A DNA stretch of 49,888 nucleotides. Origin: Octopus bimaculoides. Lineage: Eukaryota. Location: contig NC_068983.1 of NCBI RefSeq assembly GCF_001194135.2, positions 49,306,638-49,356,525 on the forward strand, read 5' to 3'. The notes under the pieces are model-generated. The model worked only from the letters and a program-made list of their open reading frames with translations. It was not told the origin of the DNA and did not search any database. Positions within the stretch are counted from its first letter, which is position 1. Every line of letters starts with the position of its first letter. A program made the translations under genes and the position numbers. This document shows, piece by piece, positions 48,530 through 49,888 of the stretch.

Positions 48530-48891
48530 TAACGATGATGAAGATCATCATGATGATGAAGAAGAAGTGGTGGAGGTGGTGATGATGATCTTACTGATGA
48601 TGAGAATGATGACTATGATGATAGTGACAATGATAGTGATGAACATGACGACGACGACGACGATGATGATGATGGTGATGGTGAAGATGATGATGATGGT
48701 GATGCTGATGATGACAGTGACGAAGATGACATTGGCAATGATGATAAAGATTACGATGTCAATGACAAAGCTGAACTCTGGTGATCATGATCATGATGAT
48801 CATGATGCTGGTGGTAGTGGTGGTGGTGATGGTGATGAGGCGGATAATTATAACGACGACGACGATGATGATGATGATGACAATGATGGCA

Positions 48892-48940
<49 letters not shown>

Positions 48941-49150
48941 CGACAAGCACGACGACGCTGACGACGAGAAAGACGATGACGACAATGACGATGATGATGA
49001 AGTTGATGGCAATGATGATGATGATGATGATGACGATAAAAATGCAGTTTGTGACGCAAAGAGGAGAAGGAAGATGACGATGATGATGATGATGATGGCA
49101 ATGATTATGATGATGTTGATGATGATAATGATGATGATGACGAGGATAAC
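48530..49150. repeat. Degenerate (GAT)n/(GAC)n trinucleotide tract
   Basis: Direct reading; explains the poly-Met/Asp/His ORFs. Confidence 0.95.
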
Positions 49151-49584
49151 AGAATGCAGTTTGTGACACTATACATGAATAAGAACAAAAAAAAGCAATA
49201 AAAATATAAATAATAAAATATATAAAATAAAAAAAATATGAATAACAAGAAAGCCGAGAGAGCTGTTGAAACCATATGATATAACATTTAAAGTTATGAA
49301 ATCAGATTGGAATGAATAAATCGTAATATGTTGAAATTGCAGAGACTCCAACCACACAATGTCCATTCACATAGAATTATACGAGACGTCTTTAAAATTT
49401 CGTTGAAGAGAGAAAGCAGAGGTCAAATAGGAATTGATATCAATCAATATGTAAAAAACAAAAAAAAAGAAGATAGAATAATAAAAAAAATTTAAATAAA
49501 TAAAATGAGAATAATCCAACATAAAAATAAAATCTAAAAGAAATTACATTATGACAAATTTTCAAGAGGAAAAATGTACTGTAA

Positions 49585-49666
49585 TTTCGTTTGTATGTAT
49601 GTATGTATGTATGTATGTATGTATGTATGTGTGTTTTGGCTGTATATATGTATGTATATATGTATG

Positions 49667-49697
<31 letters not shown>

Positions 49698-49761
49698 ATG
49701 TGTGCATGTGTGTATGTATGTGTGTGTATGTTTTGTATGTATGCATATGCACACTCACACA

Positions 49762-49798
<37 letters not shown>

Positions 49799-49888
49799 TG
49801 TAGAATTGTGGAGGTGTATCTATGTATTTATGGATAGATGTATCTATCTATCTATTTACTTGTCCGTCTGTATGTCTCTCTCTCTCTC
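49585..49888. repeat. Compound (GTAT)n/(TG)n/(TA)n/(TC)n microsatellites; similar tracts at ~6325-6377, 6984-7175, 12575-12630, 20115-20460, 23540-23635, 31945-32070
   Basis: Direct reading. Confidence 0.95.

Noticed and set aside
48567-49169. Asp/Met/His-rich ORFs resembling acidic matrix or His-rich proteins
   Set aside because: Products of a degenerate (GAT)n tract open in several frames on both strands; no complex coding context or splice evidence.

Overview
AT-rich, microsatellite-dense, gapped (about 4.3 kb of N in 8 gaps) eukaryotic non-genic DNA. The repeat families look cephalopod, most likely Octopus; this is inferred from recognising the repeats, not from a search. No host protein-coding gene can be supported: the long ORFs in the track run through N gaps or microsatellites. 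The window is a nested mosaic of decayed mobile elements. These include three R4/Dong-like RLE LINE remnants (all minus strand), a Tx1/L1-like and a CR1/L2-like fragment, a Penelope-like element, a Helitron with a Pif1 helicase remnant and intact 3' terminus, two non-autonomous Helitron/Helentron copies, a Tc1/mariner remnant with an unusually long D-D spacing, a mariner MITE, and many SINE-like copies. My working SINE labels are: A (tRNA head GGCGGCGAGCTGGCAGAA), A2 (A with an alternative 3' end), B (head GTGGAGGCGCAATGG), C (tRNA+CORE-like head, tail ending AAAAGGGCGC), D/F (composite with an internal microsatellite), E (non-tRNA, AAT-flanked) and G. The most notable unexplained signal is a set of hammerhead-ribozyme-like motifs: a near-canonical one inside a 290-bp fold-back at 42289-42577, a minimal one at 23252-23288, and a tandem pair about 320 bp apart at 47607-47957. 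These suggest Penelope-associated or retrozyme-like RNA elements. All coordinates were read by eye; repeat boundaries are approximate.
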